64,000 nucleotides of DNA from Protoeuglena noctilucae (taxonomy: Eukaryota). The stretch lies in assembly GCA_958009085.1 (NCBI GenBank), contig OY253683.1:744001-808000 (forward strand). Reading direction: 5' to 3'. Positions 46,475 to 57,688 of the stretch are shown here, piece by piece. The notes below the pieces were generated by a model. It ran no database searches, was not told where the DNA came from, and saw nothing but the letters and a program-made list of their open reading frames with translations. Numbering within the stretch: the first letter of the stretch is position 1; every line of letters begins with the position of its first letter. The position numbers were made by a program, and so were the translations under genes.

Positions 46475-49400
46475 TCAGTCGGGCCCCTCGAGCACGCGCT
46501 GCAGCATCTCCAGCTCGTCGTTGCTCAGGAGCTCCCGCAGCCCCTGCTGCACGTCCACGCGCCGGGGCTGCTGCGGGCGCGCCGACGTCGCCCGGCCGCG
46601 CATCAAAGGGTCCGCCATGTACACGCGCATCACTGCGGGAGCGCGGGTGGATGAAAATGCGGGATAAGGGTCTTTTGATTGCATCATGCGCCATTCGACG
46701 TCACGAATCACGAACACCACATGTGCACAATTGATATGCATGCAGCTCACCGCGCACGAGGGTGGCAGGGGCGGGCAGGGCGCGGTCCTGCGGCTCCGCC
46801 TCCTCCTCCACTGCGGGGACAGATACAGGGATCAGACATGAATATGTAAACGTGCTTTGTAAGAGATTAGGCCACGCCTCCAGGCGCACGCGCCAGCACT
46901 GCCCGTGGCGCTGCGCTGAGGTCGTGCGCTGCTGCAGCAGCGACAGGCGCCAAGCAAGCACCCCTGCGTCATGATTAACAGCTACTACGTCGCAATCGAG
47001 GTTCACAGCGGTGGGTCTCGCCTTGGTGGACCTTCTTGGGCCGGCTCAGTCGGTCGGCCATGTCGCGTATTGTCTGCCGGCTGAGCTTGGGCGGAGACCC
47101 GGGGCCCGTCGCGGCGATCTCCGGGAGGGTGTCCGTGATCACGTAAGGCTCCTCCTTGAGCCGCGCGCGGCGCACGCGGGCGCTCTGCGGGTGCAGGGTG
47201 GGCGACGCAACCAAGGGTGGGTAGGCGGTAGCAAACTAGACTGTGCGCCGGCAATCCATTTCACCCACACTTATCTCTCATCAACTGTCCACGCACCTGC
47301 GATCGGCTCTCCTTCTCCACCACCGCATGCCGCCAACTCCCCACCGCGCCCCCACCCCCCCTCCGCCCCCACTCAGCCCCAGCCCCCACCGTTGCCGGCC
47401 TGCCACTCGCCCCCGCATCTCCCGACCTCGCCACCGACGATGCCCCCATCTCTCCCACATCACTCATCAAGGTGTCTAACACACGCACCACACCACCACC
47501 TCTTGACTCCCGATCAATGCTAACACCCCCACCCCCAGCACCCCGCATCTCCCTATCCACACTCACACCCCCACCACCACCCCGCATCTCCCTATCCACG
47601 CTCACGCCACCCCCACCACCCCCGCCCCGCCCGTCCCTATCCACGCTCGCCCGCCCCCGCACAGGCGTCGCCGCCCCACTCGCCGCATCCCACCCCCACC
47701 CCGCCCCGCCCCGCTCCCCTCCCGGCGTCGGCGAACCCCCCATCCGCATTCCTGCAGTCGTTCTGGCAGTGATGGGGCGTGACAGACCCCCGTGTGCGTC
47801 GCTCGTGCGGCGACTGGTGCGCTGAGAGCGACGCTTCTCCTCCAGTTTCAAGCGACGCTGCGGGTGGGGGAAGGCGGACAGAGGGTGTGGCGTAGGATGA
47901 GGTGGTGAAATACTTTATATTTTGACATGAACATTAACCACGATACTGCTATCAACCACACACCACACCACCACCACCACCCCACCGCCCCTCACCTCGT
48001 CATCCTCCCTCTTGACCCACAGCTACAGTACTAATGCAATGAGATACTTACATACCAACAACTCAACTGCTATCAACCACACCATAGATATCAACAACAC
48101 CACCATCACTCCTTACCTCATCATCCTCCCTCTTCACCCACAGCTTCCGGAACGCAATGAGCCCCTCAAAGCACTGGCTGCAGACCTCGGCGCGGCGCCG
48201 GTGGAAGCCCACGTTGGACCTCTCGGTCAGGTATTGTTTGCGGGAGAGGGACTTGAGGGACCGTGCGATGCCCGGGGGCATTTGCTCCATCAGCCAGGCG
48301 CGGCGGCGGTCGTCGGGCTCCATGCCGACCTGGGGGGAAAGGATTATAAAAAAGTGCAGTCGGTGATAGTATGCGGTGTCAGTGAAAGTGACTAGTATAG
48401 AGATGCATCTGCTCCATCAGCCACAGCGGCGGAGGCGGTCGTCGGGCTCCATGCCGACCTGGGGAAGGGGGATGAGAGGGTTGGGGTTGATCGTATCAGT
48501 TATAAGGAACATGACTGAGCACGCCCAAACAAGCAACCAGCCACCCTTCACTCGCCTTGCCTTCTTACATACATATTACTGCATAGTATGGTATAATAGT
48601 AGTACTATATACCGCACTTGATCACCGTCAACATTAAGCACCCCCTCACCTTGCTCTCGTATTCGGATATCAGCGTGTAGAAGTCGATCGACGTCTTGGA
48701 ATCGTACTCCTTGACCCTCCCGCAGTGACAACAAAGGAAAGCCCCGTGCGTCGTCAGGGGCTTGACCTCGTTTTTGATCTGCGTCGACAGCTTGCTGGTG
48801 CGCACGCTCAAAGGGCGGTCCGGCGCCTCCACTCCCTTCCCGGGGCCTTCTAGGGAGAAACCAGTGCAGAAGAGGAGCCACAGGCGGCCCTCGAAGTCCT
48901 CTTTGAAATACAGCACTGGGGAGGGATGGGGAAGGGGTGTATATATAGTATTCTTAATGCATTTGATGTGATGCGTCATATTGTGCGTCACATGTGCGAA
49001 TGAGTGAGGGGGACGGTGAAGGCATGTAGTTTGACGGCTGCAATGGGACACATGTTTGTATCTATGATAGACAGATGCGCCATGCAAGCACTGCATCTAT
49101 GAAAGACAGATGCGCCATGCAAGCACTGCCTCTTCCACTCTCACCCATGTGCTTGACGCTCCACGCCCCCGTGAATATCTCGCTCACGTGGCTGGCGATG
49201 GCATCGCACGCCTCCGCCACGCGTGTGTACAAAGCCGGGCTCTCCTGCGAAGGGGGGGATGGGTGGTTGTTAATAGTTTTCAGCTGCTGGCATGATGTGC
49301 GACGTGCTTTCATTACACATGAACCCCAATGACAAGCCCAAACCACCACCACTCACCGTGCGCAGGTCTGTCTTCTTACTCAGGGACATGCTCCCCTCGA

Positions 49401-50904
49401 ATATCAACTCAATAACACATCCATATACTGTTAACATATCCACATTAATCAACATATTCATATCAACTCACCGTGCGCAGGTCAGTCTTCTTACTTAGGA
49501 ACATGCTCCCCTCAAAGGTGACTAGCCGCGCCTCCAACGCGTCCCTCTGGGCGATGGGGTCCAGCCCTGACTCGGTGCCTGACGCGGGGGGGGTACCCTC
49601 CCCGGGAAATGACTCGGGGACCTGGGGAGTGGGGGAGGGGTGTGGGGGTAGAGTTGGGAGTGGTGGGGGACGTGTGGCGAGGGGTGAGGTAAAAGGGCTG
49701 CAATGTGAGAGGTAAGGGGTTGTGAGGCTGTAAGTGGGGATGAAGGTGTTCCTTACACAGCTTCCGCTCACCATGGGCTCATTGTTCTCCCTCATCTCCA
49801 CTTCCATGATGTGCAGGTGCCACGATCACATATCATGTACTCTATCATTTACATGGCATACAAGAACTCATCATGTTTCAAACACTCTTTCTCACCATGG
49901 GCTCGTGGTTCTCCCTCATCTCCGCCTCCATGATGTGCGGGTGCCACACGGCGCGGATCATCGCGTTGTGCGGGCCCAGCGGGGTGATGAAGCGCTGCAG
50001 CACCGCGCTGGTCGGCTTGAAGTCCCGGGTCAAGAACGCGTCCAGGGATGTCGCGTCCATGTATCGCACCGACGTCACTGGGGTGGCAGGAGAGGTGTGG
50101 GTAACTGTATTAATATATAAATGTATCACTTCAGCAGCCCATGATCACGCCCTGCGCACTGCATCACCCCATCCCTCCCTCTCCATACCTCCGCATCACT
50201 TAAACCCACACCGCCTTTCCAGCCACCTTCACCCACCGCAGCCCCCCACAGCTCACCACCCCACGCCCCCACCGCCCCGCAACACCTCTCACCCGGTATC
50301 TCCTTGCCCTTGGGGGGTATCCCCATCACTTGCGGGTGCGGGATGGGCTTCAGGTAGAGTTCCGGTTCGATCCCGTCGATGTCCGTGTCGGGCCAGAGCA
50401 GCACGGACGTCACAGGGGCGCCCTCCCGCGCACACCGGCTCGCCCACTTGCGCACAATCTGCTGCTCCGTCAGATTCTCAGCCCGCTTTCTACATGGTAG
50501 AGGGAGGAGTTGCGAACAATTGGATGGCGTTACGATGTCGGGGACGTCAGCTTTAAGCATTGGCGGTCATGGGCACGATGTGCGACGCCACCAACTGAGC
50601 CCGCGGAGCCTCGAGAGATCCCGAAAGTCACAGAATCCGATGATTAAATGAGTATTACACTAGACACGACTCACCTCAGGATCTGTTTCTGGACCTTGGA
50701 GGAGAAATACCAGACCATGGGCTCGCCATTCTCGATGATAACCGTGTCCGGGAGAGATATGCGGTTACAGGTGCTGCCGGACGCCGTGCGCGTCCACAGC
50801 AAGTGATGGAGCTGATGGACGAGGCCCGGCTGGAATATTTGCGGGGCGGGAGGGGCCGAGAGCGGCCGCGACGGGGCGCCTGATGCCCCGCCCGCGCTGC
50901 CCAT
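46475..50904 (-). CDS. Uncharacterised multi-exon protein with globular domain (possibly ATP-grasp-like) and two CxxC pairs
   Basis: Exons ISLPDTVIIENGEPMVWYFSSK, VLQRFITPLGPHNAMIRAVWHP, RLVTFEGS, VLYFKEDFEGRLWLLFC, CCHC, CSQC, joined by GT-AG introns. Confidence 0.7.
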
Positions 50905-51713
50905 CCCGACGCCCGGGGAGGCCCGCTCCCGGTGCCGGCGAAATGAAGGGGTAGTAGAGTTTCCGACTGCACTGAAGACAAAGAAGGAGAGAGTTTTGGG
51001 GAACGCGAAGGGCCCTGCAGACGTTGTGGTTCCTGAAAAGATTCGACTCTGCGCCGATGGGGCCGCATGCTGAGGACTGCATTAGCGCAGCAATGCGACA
51101 GCGCGGTGCGTTCGGCGCGGCGCTCGATACGGCGGCCAGTCGGCCCGTGTGCGGCAGCGAGGCCGAAGGCATGTCGCACGAACGAGCACCTGCCGTGCGA
51201 GCACGCGAAAGCTCAGTCCGAGGTTGCAAGCAGCATGCGAGCTGCTATCTGTATCAAGATGCTGGGGAGAGACTCGCGCGCTCGTGCGCCTCGGCGGTGT
51301 GCGCGCCAGCGGTGGCCTGGGCACCGACAATAACAAAACGCGCCGGCGGCAGAGAAGACGCTTTACAACCTCCGGGCTATCGACAAGCAGTAAGTGCTAC
51401 ACAGATTAACTCACAGTGACGGTGTTTGGGGCTGGAAATGCGCGGACCACTTCCCAATTCCCACACTGGCGCAGCCCTGGCGCTTCAGCGTTCTCAAGGC
51501 CCTCCCCGCCGGCTCTGCACTGGGCTCTCCCGTCGCCTCATCATCAGCTGCCAGGCAGGAGTGCTCCTGGCCTTTTACGCGCAACAGGGCCCCGTTGGGG
51601 TCAAATAGATGCCGCACACTTGCATGGGCGAGTTGCGCCGCTGAACAGCTCCTTTCGTGACGTATTTGCTTCCCCGCGCTGCTTGCCGTCCATTAGATCC
51701 GGGATCGAAGGAA

Positions 51714-54173
51714 ATGACGGGGGATGTGGCCTTTGGCAGCTCTGCGGGGCTCGTGGTGGGAGTGGGGCCTTGCAGCTACGCAACCGCGGTCGGAGCCCGG
51801 CAGGTGATGAGCGCTGCTGAGTGGAAATGTGTTGACCTTGCTTGCGGGCGTGCTGTCACGACCGCATGCCCGGTTTCCGCCTTGTAAATGCGTGAAAGAT
51901 CCAGCAGTGCACGAATTCGACCCGACGGTGCATCTGCGCTGCGGCTTCTTCCGCCCGCAGGATGCTGACGGGGGACGTCACTCAATCGCCGAGGTGGTGC
52001 GTGGGTCTTCCGCGCAAGACCGGCAGACGAGCCACGCGGAGGCGGGTTGCCAGACGGACGTCCCCAAGCAGCGCTCGGGTGCGCGGCACGGCGTGCCTGC
52101 CCACGCAGCCTGGGTGCAGCTGCATTCATATACTCATAGTCTCGCATATCCGTGCGTCGCCGCAGTGGGCCTGCGCACCGACGCCCTCAAGCGCGCGGAA
52201 ATGGCCGTGCAGGTCGCTCCGTCCGACTTTGCCCGCTCCGCCGAGCAGGCGCACGCGCAGCTTGTGGAGTCCCTGCCAGGGTATTTATCCTCCAATCCGC
52301 CCGCGCTCCGGCGTCTCATGGCGTGCCTCGCGGAGAACGAAACGTCGCGCGCCTTTGACGCCGACGCTGCGTTCGCCTCCGGAGTCTCCTCCGCCGCTTG
52401 CCTGGCCACGCTGCGCGTCGCGGATGGTCGTTCCGCAGGTCTCGTCGCGTCCGCCTTGGCGTGGAACTGCACGGGCAACGTGGTGGCGCTGGCCCTTCGT
52501 GACCCGGCAGCATCAGAGGGCTGGGCCGGCCACGGCCTGCTCGCGGTCTGGAACCTCGCGCTGCAGTCGCAAGAGCCGGAGGTCATGCTGGAGACGGACG
52601 CGGGGCTCACGTGCGCGGCCTTCCACCCGGAGAGGAAGATGGTCCTGGCGGCAGGGACCGTGACAGGTGAGCTATGCTGACTTCAGGAGAGGAGGCATGT
52701 ACGGGAGCCTTGCATGAAACCTATTGCCCCACTTTTCGTGCCCTCAGGTCACATCGTGCTGTGGGACCTCTCCCAGACCGACCCCAGCAAGCGCGTCATC
52801 GCCGCCACCACTCTCCAGTCTGAGGCACACACCGAGGCGGTCACTGGGGTTTTCTGGCGCCAGTCCGTGGTTGAGCAGATGCGCCTGGGCCGCGCCAACG
52901 CCCACCAGCTCGTCTCGACGTCGACCGACGGCCAGGTGCTGGTCTGGCACCCTGACTCATTCGCGGCGCCAGCGGACCGCGTTTCGCTGGCGGCGGGGGG
53001 GGCCGAGGTCGGCATCGCGGCGGCGGCGGGGAATGCGGCGGACGGGGGGGCCACGGGGCACGTGCTGTTGGGGTCTGAGGTGAGAGGGGGAGAGGGGGGT
53101 GTGATATGGGGTGGCATGGGGTGCTGGTGGGGTAAGAGGTGAGAGGGAGAGAGTGGCGTGGGGTGAAGTGAGGGTGGGGTCAGAGGTGAGAGGGAGAGAG
53201 GGCGTGGCTTGGGTGGCATGGGGTGGGGGTGGGGTCAGAGGTGAGAGGGAGGGAGAGGACGTGGCATGGCATGGAGTTGTGGTGGGCTCCCGTGGGCTCG
53301 CGTGAGGTTGCGTTGAAGCAAAGCGTAGAGCATTCCATAGTCCCTTTGGCTCTCACACCTCCCCACACAGACGGGCAAGGTCATGCTGGTCGATCTCCCC
53401 GACCGCGACGTGGGCGGGCTGGCCCACAGCGACGGCGCCCGCGCCGCACCCCGGGGCCCAAAGACCTCCTTTTCACCCCACGCGGGCGCCGTCAGCGCCG
53501 CCCGGTGGGCTCCCTTCTCACCCAGAGTGTTCCTCACAGCAGCGGTGGATGGTGACGTGCGCGTGTGCTGCACCCACCGCCCTGCCCCCGTCGTCGCATT
53601 CTCTCCCCACAAGGACGGCCTCACTGCGGCCGAGTGGAGCCCCGTGCGCCCCGGCGTCGTGGCCGTGGGCACTGCGGGGGGGGCTGCGATGCTCTTTGAC
53701 CTCACACGGTGAGCTGATCAGGGGGTGCGGGGGGTTCGTGCTGTGGGGATGTTTCGTGATGTCAATGTACCATGCTCTGGTTTGTTGGTGCTAACGACAC
53801 CCTCTTGGTACACTCCACCCTCTCACGCCTCTTGTTGCCGACTCACATTACCCGACCAACTCTTTTCTCTTTTCTTCACTCCTCCTACCTCACTCTCACC
53901 CCACCCACCTCCCGCGTCCGCAGCGGCGTCCGCGCCCCGCTCCTCACCATCCCCCCCGAGGCATGGGGGGCGTCAGTCTCAGGGCCCTTGCGGGCCCTGG
54001 CGTTCAACCCCACGCACCGAGAGCAAGTGGCCACGGCAAGGGGTGACCAAGTGAGCGTGTGGCTGCTGCCGGCAGCGCTCGTGCGGAAGACGGCGGGCGA
54101 CGCGAGGGTGGCGGGGGCGCTGGAGAGGGGGGAGGTGCCGGCGGGGGTGTTGAGGGCGGGGGCAGTGGCGTGA
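51714..54173 (+). CDS. WDR34: WD40 dynein-2 (IFT retrograde) intermediate chain, WDR34/FAP133-like
   Basis: GCQTD light-chain-binding-like motif, LAENETSRAFD, LAWNCTGNVVA, CAAFHP...LAAGTVTG, HTEAVTGV, LVSTSTDGQVLVW, EWSPVRPGV. Confidence 0.8.
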
Positions 54174-54469
54174 GGGGCGGTGGGGGGTGACACTCGGGGT
54201 GCCCCCAAGTGCAGTGGGGTTGTTGCTATTGTTGACGTTAGCGGGGACAGCAAGTTGATATGTTGCTGAGTTGGCGCGCTTGTATGGACACATGCCGCTC
54301 GTCTCATGCGCAAGAAGTGCATGTTATGGCGCCACACCCACCCTCGGTGGCTGCCAGGTGCTTCTTGTCCACAAATTTGCTAGGTGTTCAATGACAATTC
54401 GAATTATGTTGGTCAAAGGGGGGACAGTACATGGTCTGGCATGGTGCCCGTCGCAGCACGTCACGTCCA

Positions 54470-55738
54470 CTACACTTTGGCTGGCTTGGCCCTGGCTGCC
54501 CGCCCCTGCACCGCAGCGTCGATCTGAGCATCCGTGGCCTCCGGGAAGACACTCCTGCGATTGCGATTGCGATTTGCACATTGAGAGAGGGAGAGGGTGC
54601 TGTGTGGGTGCAATGGGACGCTCACAGAGTCACATACAATGCCACAGACATCCACACAGTGACACGGTCAGTGTCACTTTCACACATGTACAATCGCCCT
54701 GTCACCTTACGAGCTTGGCCACATCCCCCACGTCCCCCTCAGGCACGGGCGCCCCGTCATCCAGCAGCAGGCAGCACCGGCAAAGGCAGTCCACCGCAAC
54801 GCCGAGCTGGGCTGCGGGGGTAGCAAGGGATGGAGCGAGGTCTTGACCGGGACACGCGTCGAGCATGTAATTGCTTCGAAACAACACATCAACCCGACTA
54901 TACCGCACTGGACTTTGCAATGCCACCATCCCGCCCCGCCCCACACCTTCCAACCCATCCCACCGTCCCACCCGTCACCTTCCAGCCCCACCCCACTTTC
55001 CAGCCCCACCCCACCGCCCCTCACCTTCCAGCCCCACCGCCGCCCTGGCGTCGGCGAGTCTCTTCTTCTTTCGCGCCTCCTGCGCCGCCGCCATGACCCG
55101 GTCCACCTCGACCTCCAGGTCCCCGGTGACCCCCGCACGGCGCGCGGACGCTAACAGGTCCCGCGCAGGCACCCAGGGCGCCTGGTGGCGGGCAAGCCAC
55201 AGGCAGAATAGTGTGTTGCGACGTCCCGCGTTCTTGCCGTAACGCTTCTCCAACTCGTAGCACGCCATGTTGAAGCCTTCGGGCGCACGGTCGTATTGCA
55301 GCCGCGCGAACTGCGGGCGGGGCGGCGGCGGGCGCGGGGCGCTCGGGTAACTGCGCTGGGATGGGCGGATGACCGGCGCTGGACGCCGATGGGCACGCTG
55401 CGGGCGGCGCTCGCCTCCGTGTAGCTTAAATCGTCGTCAAAGCCTCCCTCGGGCGACGTCAGTCGGGAAACCAGGCCGATGATCGGCAGGCTGCCCTGGA
55501 TTTTCTTCGCCATCCTCGCCAGCTGCGCCCCGAAGTCGTCGCTGCGCGGAGCGGAGTGAGAGCCGAAATACTGAATGTATTGATTCTCATAAACAGATGT
55601 TGAAAACGTTTTACTCTCGCCAAGCGCCCCTCACCCGGACTGGGCAGCCCGGCAGACGTGTCGCACGCCCCGCCGCGCATCCAGCGCCCGCGCTGCGACA
55701 CCACCTCCACATGGGCTGACTCGCAACGATGCCCTCAT
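54470..55738 (-). CDS. PSA3: Photosystem I assembly factor 3 homologue
   Basis: Transit peptide, KIQGSLPIIGLVSRLTSPEGG, FCLWLA, DLEVEVDR, LCRCC, SVFPEA; this matches the PSA3 family pattern. Confidence 0.8.
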
Positions 55739-55961
55739 GCCCGAGGTGCAGGGCGCGCCGCAGCCGCGGGCCAGAGACATGCAGGGTCGAGTTGCAGCGA
55801 TGAGAAGGTGAACGGGGCTCCTGACGCAGCGTGGCAGTCGCTGATCTCTGTGCACTTCCAGTAGATACCGAATGTTGCATCCGCGACGTGAGTTGGCCGA
55901 AAGACGGCCAATCAAAGCCATCTGGTCCATCCGCAACGCTTTCAAGCAGGTTCTCCCCCAA

Positions 55962-57276
55962 TCAGTCCTTCCGGGGCGGCGAGCGCTCTGCAAACGGCAC
56001 CCAGCCCTTCTCCATCGACACCTTGGGTGCCCCCGCCTCCTCCTCCACACCTAGCAGCTTGTCCTTCATCATCGTGAGCGTCTGCAGGCGAGCAGGGGCG
56101 CAGCTTCACTAATATAATCATAGTGATGTCTGTGCACTGCTTACACGCGTCGTTAGAGGCGATGAAGCCACCAGCATCACAGCGCTGCGGATGCCACAGC
56201 TGCAGCAACACGCGTGAGCTACGCAACGCCACTCACCATCTGTCCCTCCCCGCTCGATGCATCCACGGCCACCATCAGAGATCCGGCGGCCATCAACGTC
56301 AGCGGCAGACGCAGCATGGTGAGGCGGCGAGGATAGAGGTCCTACAGCCCAGCGCAGGAGTCAGGGTAGCGTAACGAACCCGCCGCACCTTGCTGCAAGC
56401 AACGGAGAGCCTGCACGCGTTGTTCGCATAACTTACCTTGATAGCGTAGTAGAAATCGGCGTGCGCGAGGACAACTAGCACGTTGGCCAGCAGCGCAAAG
56501 TTCCACGGGGAAGGCACCGCGATGGCCGGAAAGGCGAGGACAGACGGGGCGACACCCCACACCAGCCGAGCCGTGACGGAGGGCCCCGCGGTGCCGGACA
56601 GCGCTGCGCCCCAGTGCACGCCGCCCAGGAAGCTCGCGATGGAGATGCCGTAGGAGACGAGGAGGGAGTCGGCGTGTTGCAGTAGCCACGAGCCCGCATC
56701 TGGAGAAAGGAAACACAAGCTCGCGATGCAGTCGATGATATACAAGCTGAAGGAGATAGACGGAAGGAGATAGATGCACTGGCACGATGCCTCGCTCGCA
56801 CCGCACCTTGCGGGAGGAAGGCGCACGCGGTTTCCAAATGGTGGCGTACGGCCGGGTTCAAGGCGACGAATGGGATCAGGCCAGCGAGACCCAGGAGTTG
56901 CGCGGATCGGGGGACGCTCTTCATGCTCAGCCACTCTGGGATTTCCCTGCAAATGCGGGTGCTGGGAAGGAGGTCCGATCGGGGTCTCGCGAGCCGCGAG
57001 CGAGGGCGCTGGGGAGCCTGCGCACCTCATGCTCTCCGCGAAGGACTTTTCGGCAACAACTAATTTCCCTGCCTCCTTCGGGACCAGCCTCCGCACGTCG
57101 GAGGGCTCGGGAGCGCCCAACCGCGCAAACCGGCGTGCGTTGCCAGCCCACAGCGCAAACCCGGACGTGCTGGCGCCGGCGTGGGAGCCATTTCTGGTCA
57201 TAGCGCCACACGCGGAGTCCCCGGTGGTCAGGATCGGCGCCATCGCGGCGGAGAGGCGGGAGGCCGTGCGACGCAT
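55962..57276 (-). CDS. DUF3429/TMEM69-family membrane protein, probably mitochondrial
   Basis: LGLAGLIPFV, SYGISIASFLGGVHWG, LVWGVAPS, LRLPLT. Confidence 0.85.
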
Positions 57277-57688
57277 CGCAGTCGAGATGCGCCTGCGCGC
57301 GGCGTGGCTGCCGGGCTCTGCCAAGCAAGTAGATTTGCTAACTACAAAGCGAGAGGCAGAAATGATGCCTGTCAGAGTCTTTGCCCGCGCTGCCAGTCCA
57401 CGGCGGAGCACAGCCAGCCAGAGCGAGTGTCATCCCGGACATTTCGTGCCGTCCCTGCCTGCCTGTCCCGAGTTCGTAACGATCAGACCTTGCGGTGTGC
57501 CGCCTGGTCGGCCAATCCCCGGCGAGCGCGCCGCGCGGGGCCCGAGAACGCAAGCGTGCGCTTCGCACGCCGCCGCAGCCTCGCCTTTCCGGCTCAGCCA
57601 CCTCCGACCTTGCACGCGCATAGCTATTGGAGCGTCCCTTGCGTTCGCGGCCCCACTGGGCTGAGGGCGTCGCGCTTGGGGAGGAGAA

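Noticed and set aside
54470..57276. TMEM69-like and PSA3 tandem (gap about 223 nt) as a bicistron
   Set aside because: The upstream ORF has many internal AUGs and there is no positive evidence.
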